Positions 28,701 through 42,373 of a DNA stretch of 64,000 nt are shown piece by piece. The stretch is from assembly GCA_965235115.1 (NCBI GenBank), contig OZ249436.1:43154001-43218000 (forward strand). Reading direction: 5' to 3'. This DNA comes from Laetmonice hystrix. Lineage: Eukaryota. The position numbers and the translations under genes were made by a program. Within the stretch, counting starts at the first letter, position 1, and the number at the start of each line of letters is the position of its first letter. The notes beneath the pieces are model-generated. The model saw nothing but the letters and a program-made list of their open reading frames with translations. It was not told where the DNA came from and ran no database searches.

Positions 28701-31700
28701 ATGTGTACACTTCCCATTTGAGTATCTTCTCCAGATTTTAACATTAGATGCTCCTCGCCTGTACCTTCCATTTCCATTACCTCGCTGTAGTGTTTGCATG
28801 GCTACTATAGGCCAGCAGGTAAGATGTAGGGACTTCTCACTCTACTGGTTGGCCTCCCACACTGCTTGGCCCCACAGTGTACTGTTTGGCCTCACTGTAC
28901 TCTTTGGCCTCACTGTAGTGTTCGCTTGCGTGCCAGGCCAGCCAGTATACCTTGTAGCGATTCTTCCCTGTACTGTTTGGCCTCCCTGTACGGTTTGCTT
29001 GTATACAAGAGTAGCTAGTAGTATAGGGACGCCTCATGTTTCATGTTTCCATGCCTTTATTGTCCAGGAGGCAGGCCATACGTTTCGTTTATCATCTACT
29101 CCCATCTAACCTGTGTCCCCTACAGACCATCTGTAAGCGTCCAAGAACGTTGTCAGGTCGTCCCAACAACTGTTTGCCGTAAAGGTTAATTAACAATGGG
29201 AAAATTGCGTTGTACGCCTTTTCTATATCAGATATCCCCTCCCCAAGTAACAAACAGACAAAGAAAGATTACACAGAGATGAACACTGCAAGCAGAAAAC
29301 ACCAGTGTGCAGCGGTGCTGACTGCACTGCCGCCTTACGGCCAGCAGTGGAATCACCACGTACACCTGGCCGGGCTGGCAGGCACCTGTGGCTCTGAGGC
29401 GAGAGACAGGTTAAAGCAACGATATGCGAAAAATGGCTACATTTTTGATATGTCAAATTGAAACTACGCCCCCAAAATTATTATTCTTAGGCCAGATGTA
29501 TGACTGTGAAACGTATAGGTCTCGTACGTTCGCTACAGATATTTGGTTGTGATGTGTACACTTCCCATTTGAGTATCTTCTCCAGATTTTAACATTAGAT
29601 GCTCCTCGCCTGTACCTTTCATTTCCATTACCTCGCTGTAGTGTTTGCATGGCTACTATAGGCCAGCAGGTAAGATGTAGGGACTTCTCACTCTACTGGT
29701 TGGCCTCCCACACTGCTTGGCCCCACAGTGTACTGTTTGGCCTCACTGTACTCTTTGGCCTCACTGTAGTGTTCGCTTGCGTGCCAGGCCAGCCAGTATA
29801 CCTTGTAGCGATTCTTCCCTGTACTGTTTGGCCTCCCTGTACCGTTTGCTTGTATACAAGAGTAGCTAGTAGTATAGGGACGCCTCATGTTTCATGTTTC
29901 CATGCCTTTATTGTCCAGGAGGCAGGCCATACGTTTCGTTTATCATCTACTCCCATCTAACCTGTGTCCCCCACAGACCATCTGTAAGCGTCCAAGAACG
30001 TTGTCAGGTCGTCCCAATGACTGTTTGCCGTAAAGGTTAATTAACAATGGGAAAATTGCGTTGTACGCCTTTTCTATATCAGATATCCCCTCCCCAAGTA
30101 ACAAACAGACAAAGAAAGATTACACAGAGATGAACATTGCAGGCAGAAAACACCAGTGTGCAGCGGTGCTGACTGCACTGCCGCCTTACGGCCAGCGGTG
30201 GAATCACCACGTACACCTGGCCGGGCTGGCAGGCACCTGTGGCTCTGAGGCGAGAGACAGGTTAAAGCAATGATATGCGAAAAATGGCTACATTTTTGAT
30301 ACGTGAAATTGAAACTACGCCCCCAAAATTATTATTCTTAGGCCAGATGTATGACTGTGAAACGTATAGGTCTCGTACGTTCGCTACAGATATTTGGTTG
30401 TGATGTGTACACTTCCCATTTGAGTATCTTCTCCAGATTTTAACATTAGATGCTCCTCGCCTGTACCTTCCATTTCCATTACCTCGCTGTAGTGTTTGCA
30501 TGGCTACTATAGGCCAGCAGGTAAGATGTAGGGACTTCTCACTCTACTGGTTGGCCTCCCACACTGCTTGGCCCCACAGTGTACTGTTTGGCCTCACTGT
30601 ACTCTTTGGCCTCACTGTAGTGTTCGCTTGCGTGCCAGGCCAGCCAGTATACCTTGTAGCGATTCTTCCCTGTACTGTTTGGCCTCCCTGTACCGTTTGC
30701 TTGTATACAAGAGTAGCTAGTAGTATAGGGACGCCTCATGTTTCATGTTTCCATGCCTTTATTGTCCAGGAGGCAGGCCATACGTTTCGTTTATCATCTA
30801 CTCCCATCTAACCTGTGTCCCCTACAGACCATCTGTAAGCGTCCAAGAACGTTGTCAGGTCGTCCCAATGACTGTTTGCCGTAAAGGTTAATTAACAATG
30901 GGAAAATTGCGTTGTACGCCTTTTCTATATCAGATATCCCCTCCCCAAGTAACAAACAGACAAAGAAAGATTACACAGAGATGAACATTGCAGGCAGAAA
31001 ACACCAGGGTGCAGCGGTGCTGACTGCACTGCCGCCTTACGGCCAGCAGAGGAATCACCACGTACGCCTGGCCGGGCTTGCAGGCACCTGTGGCTCTGAG
31101 GCGAGAGACAGGTTAAAGCAATGATATGCGAAAAATGGCTACATTTTTGATACGTCAAATTGAAACTACGCCCCCAAAATTATTATTCTTAGGCCAGATG
31201 TATGACTGTGAAACGTATAGGTCTCGTACGTTCGCTACAGATATTTGGTTGTGATGTGTACACTTCCCATTTGAGTATCTTCTCCAGATTTTAACATTAG
31301 ATGCTCCTCGCCTGTACCTTTCATTTCCATTACCTCGCTGTAGTGTTTGCATGGCTACTATAGGCCAGCAGGTAAGATGTAGGGACTTCTCACTCTACTG
31401 GTTGGCCTCCCACACTGCTTGGCCCCACAGTGTACTGTTTGGCCTCACTGTACTCTTTGGCCTCACTGTAGTGTTCGCTTGCGTGCCAGGCCAGCCAGTA
31501 TACCTTGTAGCGATTCTTCCCTGTACTGTTTGGCCTCCCTGTACCGTTTGCTTGTATACAAGAGTAGCTAGTAGTATAGGGACGCCTCATGTTTCATGTT
31601 TCCATGCCTTTATTGTCCAGGAGGCAGGCCATACGTTTCGTTTATCATCTACTCCCATCTAACCTGTGTCCCCTACAGACCATCTGTAAGCGTCCAAGAA

Positions 31701-34700
31701 CGTTGTCAGGTCGTCCCAATGACTGTTTGCCGTAAAGGTTAATTAACAATGGGAAAATTGCGTTGTACGCCTTTTCTATATCAGATATCCCCTCCCCAAG
31801 TAACAAAGAGACAAAGAAAGATTACACAGAGATGAACATTGCAGGCAGAAAACACCAGGGTGCAGCGGTGCTGACTGCACTGCCGCCTTACGGCCAGCAG
31901 TGGAATCACCACGTACACCTGGCCGTGTACACTTCCCATTTGAGTATCTTCTCCAGATTTTAACATTAGATGCTCCTCGCCTGTACCTTTCATTTCCATT
32001 ACCTCGCTGTAGTGTTTGCATGGCTACTATAGCCCAGCAGGTAAGATGTAGGGACTTCTCACTCTACTGGTTGGCCTCCCACACTGCTTGGCCCCACAGT
32101 GTACTGTTTGGCCTCACTGTACTCTTTGGCCTCACTGTAGTGTTCGCTGGCGTGCCAGGCCAGCCAGTATACCTTGTAGCGATTCTTCCCTGTACTGTTT
32201 GGCCTTCCTGTACCGTTTGCTTGTATACAAGAGTAGCTAGTAGTATAGGGACGCCTCATGTTTCATGTTTCCATGCCTTTATTGTCCAGGAGGCAGGCCA
32301 TACGTTTCGTTTATCATCTACTCCCATCTAACCTGTGTCCCCTACAGACCATCTGTAAGCGTCCAAGAACGTTGTCAGGTCGTCCCAATGACTGTTTGCC
32401 GTAAAGGTTAATTAACAATGGGAAAATTGCGTTGTACGCCTTTTCTATATCAGATATCCCCTCCCCAAGTAACAAAGAGACAAAGAAAGATTACACAGAG
32501 ATGAACATTGCAGGCAGAAAACACCAGGGTGCAGCGGTGCTGACTGCACTGCCGCCTTACGGCCAGCAGTGGAATCACCACGTACACCTGGCCGTGTACA
32601 CTTCCCATTTGAGTATCTTCTCCAGATTTTAACATTAGATGCTCCTCGCCTGTACCTTTCATTTCCATTACCTCGCTGTAGTGTTTGCATGGCTACTATA
32701 GCCCAGCAGGTAAGATGTAGGGACTTCTCACTCTACTGGTTGGCCTCCCACACTGCTTGGCCCCACAGTGTACTGTTTGGCCTCACTGTACTCTTTGGCC
32801 TCACTGTAGTGTTCGCTGGCGTGCCAGGCCAGCCAGTATACCTTGTAGCGATTCTTCCCTGTACTGTTTGGCCTCCCTGTACCGTTTGCTTGTATACAAG
32901 AGAAGCTAGTAGTATAGGGACGCCTCATGTTTCATGTTTCCATGCCTTTATTGTCCAGGAGGCAGGCCATACGTTTCGTTTATCATCTACTCCCATCTAA
33001 CCTGTGTCCCCTACAGACCATCTGTAAGCGTCCAAGAACGGTGTCAGGTCGTCCCAATGACTGTTTGCCGTAAAGGTTAATTAACAATGGGAAAATTGCG
33101 TTGTACGCCTTTTCTATATCAGATATCCCCTCCCCAAGTAACAAACAGACAAAGAAAGATTACACAGAGATAAACATTGCAGGCAGAAAACACCAGGGTG
33201 CAGCGGTGCTGACTGCACTGCCGCCTTACGGCCAGCAGTGGAATCACCACGTACACCTGGCCGGGCTGGCAGGCACCTGTGGCTCTGAGGCGAGAGACAG
33301 GTTAAAGCAATGATATGCGAAAAATGGCTACATTTTTGATACGTCAAATTGAAACTACGCCCCCAAAATTATTATTCTTAGGCCAGATGTATGACTGTGA
33401 AACGTATAGGTCTCGTACGTTCGCTACAGATATTTGGTTGTGATGTGTACACTTCCCATTTGAGTATCTTCTCCAGATTTTAACATTAGATGCTCCTCGC
33501 CTGTACCTTCCATTTCCATTACCTCGCTGTAGTGTTTGCATGGCTACTATAGGCCAGCAGGTAAGATGTAGGGACTTCTCACTCTACTGGTTGGCCTCCC
33601 ACACTGCTTGGCCCCACAGTGTACTGTTTGGCCTCACTGTACTCTTTGGCCTCACTGTAGTGTTCGCTTGCGTGCCAGGCCAGCCAGTATACCTTGTAGC
33701 GATTCTTCCCTGTACTGTTTGGCCTCCCTGTACGGTTTGCTTGTATACAAGAGTAGCTAGTAGTATAGGGACGCCTCATGTTTCATGTTTCCATGCCTTT
33801 ATTGTCCAGGAGGCAGGCCATACGTTTCGTTTATCATCTACTCCCATCTAACCTGTGTCCCCTACAGACCATCTGTAAGCGTCCAAGAACGTTGTCAGGT
33901 CGTCCCAATGACTGTTTGCCGTAAAGGTTAATTAACAATGGGAAAATTGCGTTGTACGCCTTTTCTATATCAGATATCCCCTCCCCAAGTAACAAACAGA
34001 CAAAGAAAGATTACACAGAGATGAACATTGCAGGCAGAAAACACCAGTGTGCAGCGGTGCTGACTGCACTGCCGCCTTACGGCCAGCGGTGGAATCACCA
34101 CGTACACCTGGCCGGGCTGGCAGGCACCTGTGGCTCTGAGGCGAGAGACAGGTTAAAGCAATGATATGCGAAAAATGGCTACATTTTTGATACGTGAAAT
34201 TGAAACTACGCCCCCAAAATTATTATTCTTAGGCCAGATGTATGACTGTGAAACGTATAGGTCTCGTACGTTCGCTACAGATATTTGGTTGTGATGTGTA
34301 CACTTCCCATTTGAGTATCTTCTCCAGATTTTAACATTAGATGCTCCTCGCCTGTACCTTCCATTTCCATTACCTCGCTGTAGTGTTTGCATGGCTACTA
34401 TAGGCCAGCAGGTAAGATGTAGGGACTTCTCACTCTACTGGTTGGCCTCCCACACTGCGTGGCCCCACAGTGTACTGTTTGGCCTCACTGTACTCTTTGG
34501 CCTCACTGTAGTGTTCGCTTGCGTGCCAGGCCAGCCAGTATACCTTGTAGCGATTCTTCCCTGTACTGTTTGGCCTCCCTGTACGGTTTGCTTGTATACA
34601 AGAGTAGCTAGTAGTATAGGGACGCCTCATGTTTCATGTTTCCATGCCTTTATTGTCCAGGAGGCAGGCCATACGTTTCGTTTATCATCTACTCCCATCT

Positions 34701-37700
34701 AACCTGTGTCCCCTACAGACCATCTGTAAGCGTCCAAGAACGTTGTCAGGTCGTCCCAACAACTGTTTGCCGTAAAGGTTAATTAACAATGGGAAAATTG
34801 CGTTGTACGCCTTTTCTATATCAGATATCCCCTCCCCAAGTAACAAACAGACAAAGAAAGATTACACAGAGATGAACACTGCAAGCAGAAAACACCAGTG
34901 TGCAGCGGTGCTGACTGCACTGCCGCCTTACGGCCAGCAGTGGAATCACCACGTACACCTGGCCGGGCTGGCAGGCACCTGTGGCTCTGAGGCGAGAGAC
35001 AGGTTAAAGCAACGATATGCGAAAAATGGCTACATTTTTGATATGTCAAATTGAAACTACGCCCCCAAAATTATTATTCTTAGGCCAGATGTATGACTGT
35101 GAAACGTATAGGTCTCGTACGTTCGCTACAGATATTTGGTTGTGATGTGTACACTTCCCATTTGAGTATCTTCTCCAGATTTTAACATTAGATGCTCCTC
35201 GCCTGTACCTTTCATTTCCATTACCTCGCTGTAGTGTTTGCATGGCTACTATAGGCCAGCAGGTAAGATGTAGGGACTTCTCACTCTACTGGTTGGCCTC
35301 CCACACTGCTTGGCCCCACAGTGTACTGTTTGGCCTCACTGTACTCTTTGGCCTCACTGTAGTGTTCGCTTGCGTGCCAGGCCAGCCAGTATACCTTGTA
35401 GCGATTCTTCCCTGTACTGTTTGGCCTCCCTGTACCGTTTGCTTGTATACAAGAGTAGCTAGTAGTATAGGGACGCCTCATGTTTCATGTTTCCATGCCT
35501 TTATTGTCCAGGAGGCAGGCCATACGTTTCGTTTATCATCTACTCCCATCTAACCTGTGTCCCCCACAGACCATCTGTAAGCGTCCAAGAACGTTGTCAG
35601 GTCGTCCCAATGACTGTTTGCCGTAAAGGTTAATTAACAATGGGAAAATTGCGTTGTACGCCTTTTCTATATCAGATATCCCCTCCCCAAGTAACAAACA
35701 GACAAAGAAAGATTACACAGAGATGAACATTGCAGGCAGAAAACACCAGTGTGCAGCGGTGCTGACTGCACTGCCGCCTTACGGCCAGCGGTGGAATCAC
35801 CACGTACACCTGGCCGGGCTGGCAGGCACCTGTGGCTCTGAGGCGAGAGACAGGTTAAAGCAATGATATGCGAAAAATGGCTACATTTTTGATACGTGAA
35901 ATTGAAACTACGCCCCCAAAATTATTATTCTTAGGCCAGATGTATGACTGTGAAACGTATAGGTCTCGTACGTTCGCTACAGATATTTGGTTGTGATGTG
36001 TACACTTCCCATTTGAGTATCTTCTCCAGATTTTAACATTAGATGCTCCTCGCCTGTACCTTCCATTTCCATTACCTCGCTGTAGTGTTTGCATGGCTAC
36101 TATAGGCCAGCAGGTAAGATGTAGGGACTTCTCACTCTACTGGTTGGCCTCCCACACTGCTTGGCCCCACAGTGTACTGTTTGGCCTCACTGTACTCTTT
36201 GGCCTCACTGTAGTGTTCGCTTGCGTGCCAGGCCAGCCAGTATACCTTGTAGCGATTCTTCCCTGTACTGTTTGGCCTCCCTGTACCGTTTGCTTGTATA
36301 CAAGAGTAGCTAGTAGTATAGGGACGCCTCATGTTTCATGTTTCCATGCCTTTATTGTCCAGGAGGCAGGCCATACGTTTCGTTTATCATCTACTCCCAT
36401 CTAACCTGTGTCCCCTACAGACCATCTGTAAGCGTCCAAGAACGTTGTCAGGTCGTCCCAATGACTGTTTGCCGTAAAGGTTAATTAACAATGGGAAAAT
36501 TGCGTTGTACGCCTTTTCTATATCAGATATCCCCTCCCCAAGTAACAAACAGACAAAGAAAGATTACACAGAGATGAACATTGCAGGCAGAAAACACCAG
36601 GGTGCAGCGGTGCTGACTGCACTGCCGCCTTACGGCCAGCAGAGGAATCACCACGTACGCCTGGCCGGGCTTGCAGGCACCTGTGGCTCTGAGGCGAGAG
36701 ACAGGTTAAAGCAATGATATGCGAAAAATGGCTACATTTTTGATACGTCAAATTGAAACTACGCCCCCAAAATTATTATTCTTAGGCCAGATGTATGACT
36801 GTGAAACGTATAGGTCTCGTACGTTCGCTACAGATATTTGGTTGTGATGTGTACACTTCCCATTTGAGTATCTTCTCCAGATTTTAACATTAGATGCTCC
36901 TCGCCTGTACCTTTCATTTCCATTACCTCGCTGTAGTGTTTGCATGGCTACTATAGGCCAGCAGGTAAGATGTAGGGACTTCTCACTCTACTGGTTGGCC
37001 TCCCACACTGCTTGGCCCCACAGTGTACTGTTTGGCCTCACTGTACTCTTTGGCCTCACTGTAGTGTTCGCTTGCGTGCCAGGCCAGCCAGTATACCTTG
37101 TAGCGATTCTTCCCTGTACTGTTTGGCCTCCCTGTACCGTTTGCTTGTATACAAGAGTAGCTAGTAGTATAGGGACGCCTCATGTTTCATGTTTCCATGC
37201 CTTTATTGTCCAGGAGGCAGGCCATACGTTTCGTTTATCATCTACTCCCATCTAACCTGTGTCCCCTACAGACCATCTGTAAGCGTCCAAGAACGTTGTC
37301 AGGTCGTCCCAATGACTGTTTGCCGTAAAGGTTAATTAACAATGGGAAAATTGCGTTGTACGCCTTTTCTATATCAGATATCCCCTCCCCAAGTAACAAA
37401 GAGACAAAGAAAGATTACACAGAGATGAACATTGCAGGCAGAAAACACCAGGGTGCAGCGGTGCTGACTGCACTGCCGCCTTACGGCCAGCAGTGGAATC
37501 ACCACGTACACCTGGCCGTGTACACTTCCCATTTGAGTATCTTCTCCAGATTTTAACATTAGATGCTCCTCGCCTGTACCTTTCATTTCCATTACCTCGC
37601 TGTAGTGTTTGCATGGCTACTATAGCCCAGCAGGTAAGATGTAGGGACTTCTCACTCTACTGGTTGGCCTCCCACACTGCTTGGCCCCACAGTGTACTGT

Positions 37701-40002
37701 TTGGCCTCACTGTACTCTTTGGCCTCACTGTAGTGTTCGCTGGCGTGCCAGGCCAGCCAGTATACCTTGTAGCGATTCTTCCCTGTACTGTTTGGCCTTC
37801 CTGTACCGTTTGCTTGTATACAAGAGTAGCTAGTAGTATAGGGACGCCTCATGTTTCATGTTTCCATGCCTTTATTGTCCAGGAGGCAGGCCATACGTTT
37901 CGTTTATCATCTACTCCCATCTAACCTGTGTCCCCTACAGACCATCTGTAAGCGTCCAAGAACGTTGTCAGGTCGTCCCAATGACTGTTTGCCGTAAAGG
38001 TTAATTAACAATGGGAAAATTGCGTTGTACGCCTTTTCTATATCAGATATCCCCTCCCCAAGTAACAAAGAGACAAAGAAAGATTACACAGAGATGAACA
38101 TTGCAGGCAGAAAACACCAGGGTGCAGCGGTGCTGACTGCACTGCCGCCTTACGGCCAGCAGTGGAATCACCACGTACACCTGGCCGTGTACACTTCCCA
38201 TTTGAGTATCTTCTCCAGATTTTAACATTAGATGCTCCTCGCCTGTACCTTTCATTTCCATTACCTCGCTGTAGTGTTTGCATGGCTACTATAGCCCAGC
38301 AGGTAAGATGTAGGGACTTCTCACTCTACTGGTTGGCCTCCCACACTGCTTGGCCCCACAGTGTACTGTTTGGCCTCACTGTACTCTTTGGCCTCACTGT
38401 AGTGTTCGCTGGCGTGCCAGGCCAGCCAGTATACCTTGTAGCGATTCTTCCCTGTACTGTTTGGCCTCCCTGTACCGTTTGCTTGTATACAAGAGAAGCT
38501 AGTAGTATAGGGACGCCTCATGTTTCATGTTTCCATGCCTTTATTGTCCAGGAGGCAGGCCATACGTTTCGTTTATCATCTACTCCCATCTAACCTGTGT
38601 CCCCTACAGACCATCTGTAAGCGTCCAAGAACGGTGTCAGGTCGTCCCAATGACTGTTTGCCGTAAAGGTTAATTAACAATGGGAAAATTGCGTTGTACG
38701 CCTTTTCTATATCAGATATCCCCTCCCCAAGTAACAAACAGACAAAGAAAGATTACACAGAGATAAACATTGCAGGCAGAAAACACCAGGGTGCAGCGGT
38801 GCTGACTGCACTGCCGCCTTACGGCCAGCAGTGGAATCACCACGTACACCTGGCCGGGCTGGCAGGCACCTGTGGCTCTGAGGCGAGAGACAGGTTAAAG
38901 CAATGATATGCGAAAAATGGCTACATTTTTGATACGTCAAATTGAAACTACGCCCCCAAAATTATTATTCTTAGGCCAGATGTATGACTGTGAAACGTAT
39001 AGGTCTCGTACGTTCGCTACAGATATTTGGTTGTGATGTGTACACTTCCCATTTGAGTATCTTCTCCAGATTTTAACATTAGATGCTCCTCGCCTGTACC
39101 TTCCATTTCCATTACCTCGCTGTAGTGTTTGCATGGCTACTATAGGCCAGCAGGTAAGATGTAGGGACTTCTCACTCTACTGGTTGGCCTCCCACACTGC
39201 TTGGCCCCACAGTGTACTGTTTGGCCTCACTGTACTCTTTGGCCTCACTGTAGTGTTCGCTTGCGTGCCAGGCCAGCCAGTATACCTTGTAGCGATTCTT
39301 CCCTGTACTGTTTGGCCTCCCTGTACCGTTTGCTTGTATACAAGAGTAGCTAGTAGTATAGGGACGCCTCATGTTTCATGTTTCCATGCCTTTATTGTCC
39401 AGGAGGCAGGCCATACGTTTCGTTTATCATCTACTCCCATCTAACCTGTGTCCCCTACAGACCATCTGTAAGCGTCCAAGAACGTTGTCAGGTCGTCCCA
39501 ATGACTGTTTGCCGTAAAGGTTAATTAACAATGGGAAAATTGCGTTGTACGCCTTTTCTATATCAGATATCCCCTCCCCAAGTAACAAACAGACAAAGAA
39601 AGATTACACAGAGATGAACATTGCAGGCAGAAAACACCAGTGTGCAGCGGTGCTGACTGCACTGCCGCCTTACGGCCAGCGGTGGAATCACCACGTACAC
39701 CTGGCCGGGCTGGCAGGCACCTGTGGCTCTGAGGCGAGAGACAGGTTAAAGCAATGATATGCGAAAAATGGCTACCTTTTTGATACGTGAAATTGAAACT
39801 ACGCCCCCAAAATTATTATTCTTAGGCCAGATGTATGACTGTGAAACGTATAGGTCTCGTACGTTCGCTACAGATATTTGGTTGTGATGTGTACACTTCC
39901 CATTTGAGTATCTTCTCCAGATTTTAACATTAGATGCTCCTCGCCTGTACCTTCCATTTCCATTACCTCGCTGTAGTGTTTGCATGGCTACTATAGGCCA
40001 GC
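25777..40002. repeat. Derived 5593-bp 7-mer HOR (HOR-B minus one monomer), 2 full copies plus a partial
   Basis: Short-pair markers 26170, 31763 and 37356 are 5593 bp apart. The ATTACAGG monomer is missing. A private SNP (ACTGCAAGC) occurs at 29291 and 34884 only. Confidence 0.92.
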
Positions 40003-42373
40003 AGGTAAGATGTAGGGACTTCTCACTCTACTGGTTGGCCTCCCACACTGCTTGGCCCCACAGTGTACTGGTTGGCCTCACTGTACTCTTTGGCCTCACT
40101 GTAGTGTTCGCTTGCGTGCCAGGCCAGCCAGTATACCTTGTAGCGATTCTTCCCTGTACTGTTTGGCCTCCCTGTACGGTTTGCTTGTATACAAGAGTAG
40201 CTAGTAGTATAGGGACGCCTCATGTTTCATGTTTCCATGCCTTTATTGTCCAGGAGGCAGGCCATACGTTTCGTTTATCATCTACTCCCATCTAACCTGT
40301 GTCCCCTACAGACCATCTGTAAGCGTCCAAGAACGTTGTCAGGTCGTCCCAATGACTGTTTGCCGTAAAGGTTAATTAACAATGGGAAAATTGCGTTGTA
40401 CGCCTTTTCTATATCAGATATCCCCTCCCCAAGTAACAAACAGACAAACAAAGATTACACAGAGATGAACATTGCAGGCAGAAAACACCAGGGTGCAGCG
40501 GTGCTGACTGCACTGCCGCCTTACGGCCAGCAGTGGAATCACCACGTACGCCTGGCCGGGCTGGCAGGCACCTGTGGCTCTGAGGCGAGAGACAGGTTAA
40601 AGCAATGATATGCGAAAAATGGCTACATTTTTGATACGTCAAATTGAAACTACGCCCCCAAAATTATTATTCTTAGGCCAGATGTATGACTGTGAAACGT
40701 ATAGGTCTCGTACGTTCGCTACAGATATTTGGTTGTGATGTGTACACTTCCCATTTGAGTATCTTCTCCAGATTTTAACATTAGATGCTCCTCGCCTGTA
40801 CCTTTCATTTCCATTACCTCGCTGTAGTGTTTGCATGGCTACTATAGGCCAGCAGGTAAGATGTAGGGACTTCTCACTCTACTGGTTGGCCTCCCACACT
40901 GCTTGGCCCCACAGTGTACTGTTTGGCCTCACTGTACTCTTTGGCCTCACTGTAGTGTTCGCTTGCGTGCCAGGCCAGCCAGTATACCTTGTAGCGATTC
41001 TTCCCTGTACTGTTTGGCCTCCCTGTACCGTTTGCTTGTATACAAGAGTAGCTAGTAGTATAGGGACGCCTCATGTTTCATGTTTCCATGCCTTTATTGT
41101 CCAGGAGGCAGGCCATACGTTTCGTTTATCATCTACTCCCATCTAACCTGTGTCCCCTACAGACCATCTGTAAGCGTCCAAGAACGTTGTCAGGTCGTCC
41201 CAATGACTGTTTGCCGTAAAGGTTAATTAACAATGGGAAAATTGCGTTGTACGCCTTTTCTATATCAGATATCCCCTCCCCAAGTAACAAAGAGACAAAG
41301 AAAGATTACACAGAGATGAACATTGCAGGCAGAAAACACCAGGGTGCAGCGGTGCTGACTGCACTGCCGCCTTACGGCCAGCAGTGGAATCACCACGTAC
41401 ACCTGGCCGTGTACACTTCCCATTTGAGTATCTTCTCCAGATTTTAACATTAGATGCTCCTCGCCTGTACCTTTCATTTCCATTACCTCGCTGTAGTGTT
41501 TGCATGGCTACTATAGCCCAGCAGGTAAGATGTAGGGACTTCTCACTCTACTGGTTGGCCTCCCACACTGCTTGGCCCCACAGTGTACTGTTTGGCCTCA
41601 CTGTACTCTTTGGCCTCACTGTAGTGTTCGCTGGCGTGCCGGGCCAGCCAGTATACCTTGTAGCGATTCTTCCCTGTACTGTTTGGCCTCCCTGTACCGT
41701 TTGCTTGTATACAAGAGAAGCTAGTAGTATAGGGACGCCTCATGTTTCATGTTTCCATGCCTTTATTGTCCAGGAGGCAGGCCATACGTTTCGTTTATCA
41801 TCTACTCCCATCTAACCTGTGTCCCCTACAGACCATCTGTAAGCGTCCAAGAACGGTGTCAGGTCGTCCCAATGACTGTTTGCCGTAAAGGTTAATTAAC
41901 AATGGGAAAATTGCGTTGTACGCCTTTTCTATATCAGATATCCCCTCCCCAAGTAACAAACAGACAAAGAAAGATTACACAGAGATAAACATTGCAGGCA
42001 GAAAACACCAGGGTGCAGCGGTGCTGACTGCACTGCCGCCTTACGGCCAGCAGTGGAATCACCACGTACACCTGGCCGGGCTGGCAGGCACCTGTGGCTC
42101 TGAGGCGAGAGACAGGTTAAAGCAATGATATGCGAAAAATGGCTACATTTTTGATACGTCAAATTGAAACTACGCCCCCAAAATTATTATTCTTAGGCCA
42201 GATGTATGACTGTGAAACGTATAGGTCTCGTACGTTCGCTACAGATATTTGGTTGTGATGTGTACACTTCCCATTTGAGTATCTTCTCCAGATTTTAACA
42301 TTAGATGCTCCTCGCCTGTACCTTCCATTTCCATTACCTCGCTGTAGTGTTTGCATGGCTACTATAGGCCAGC

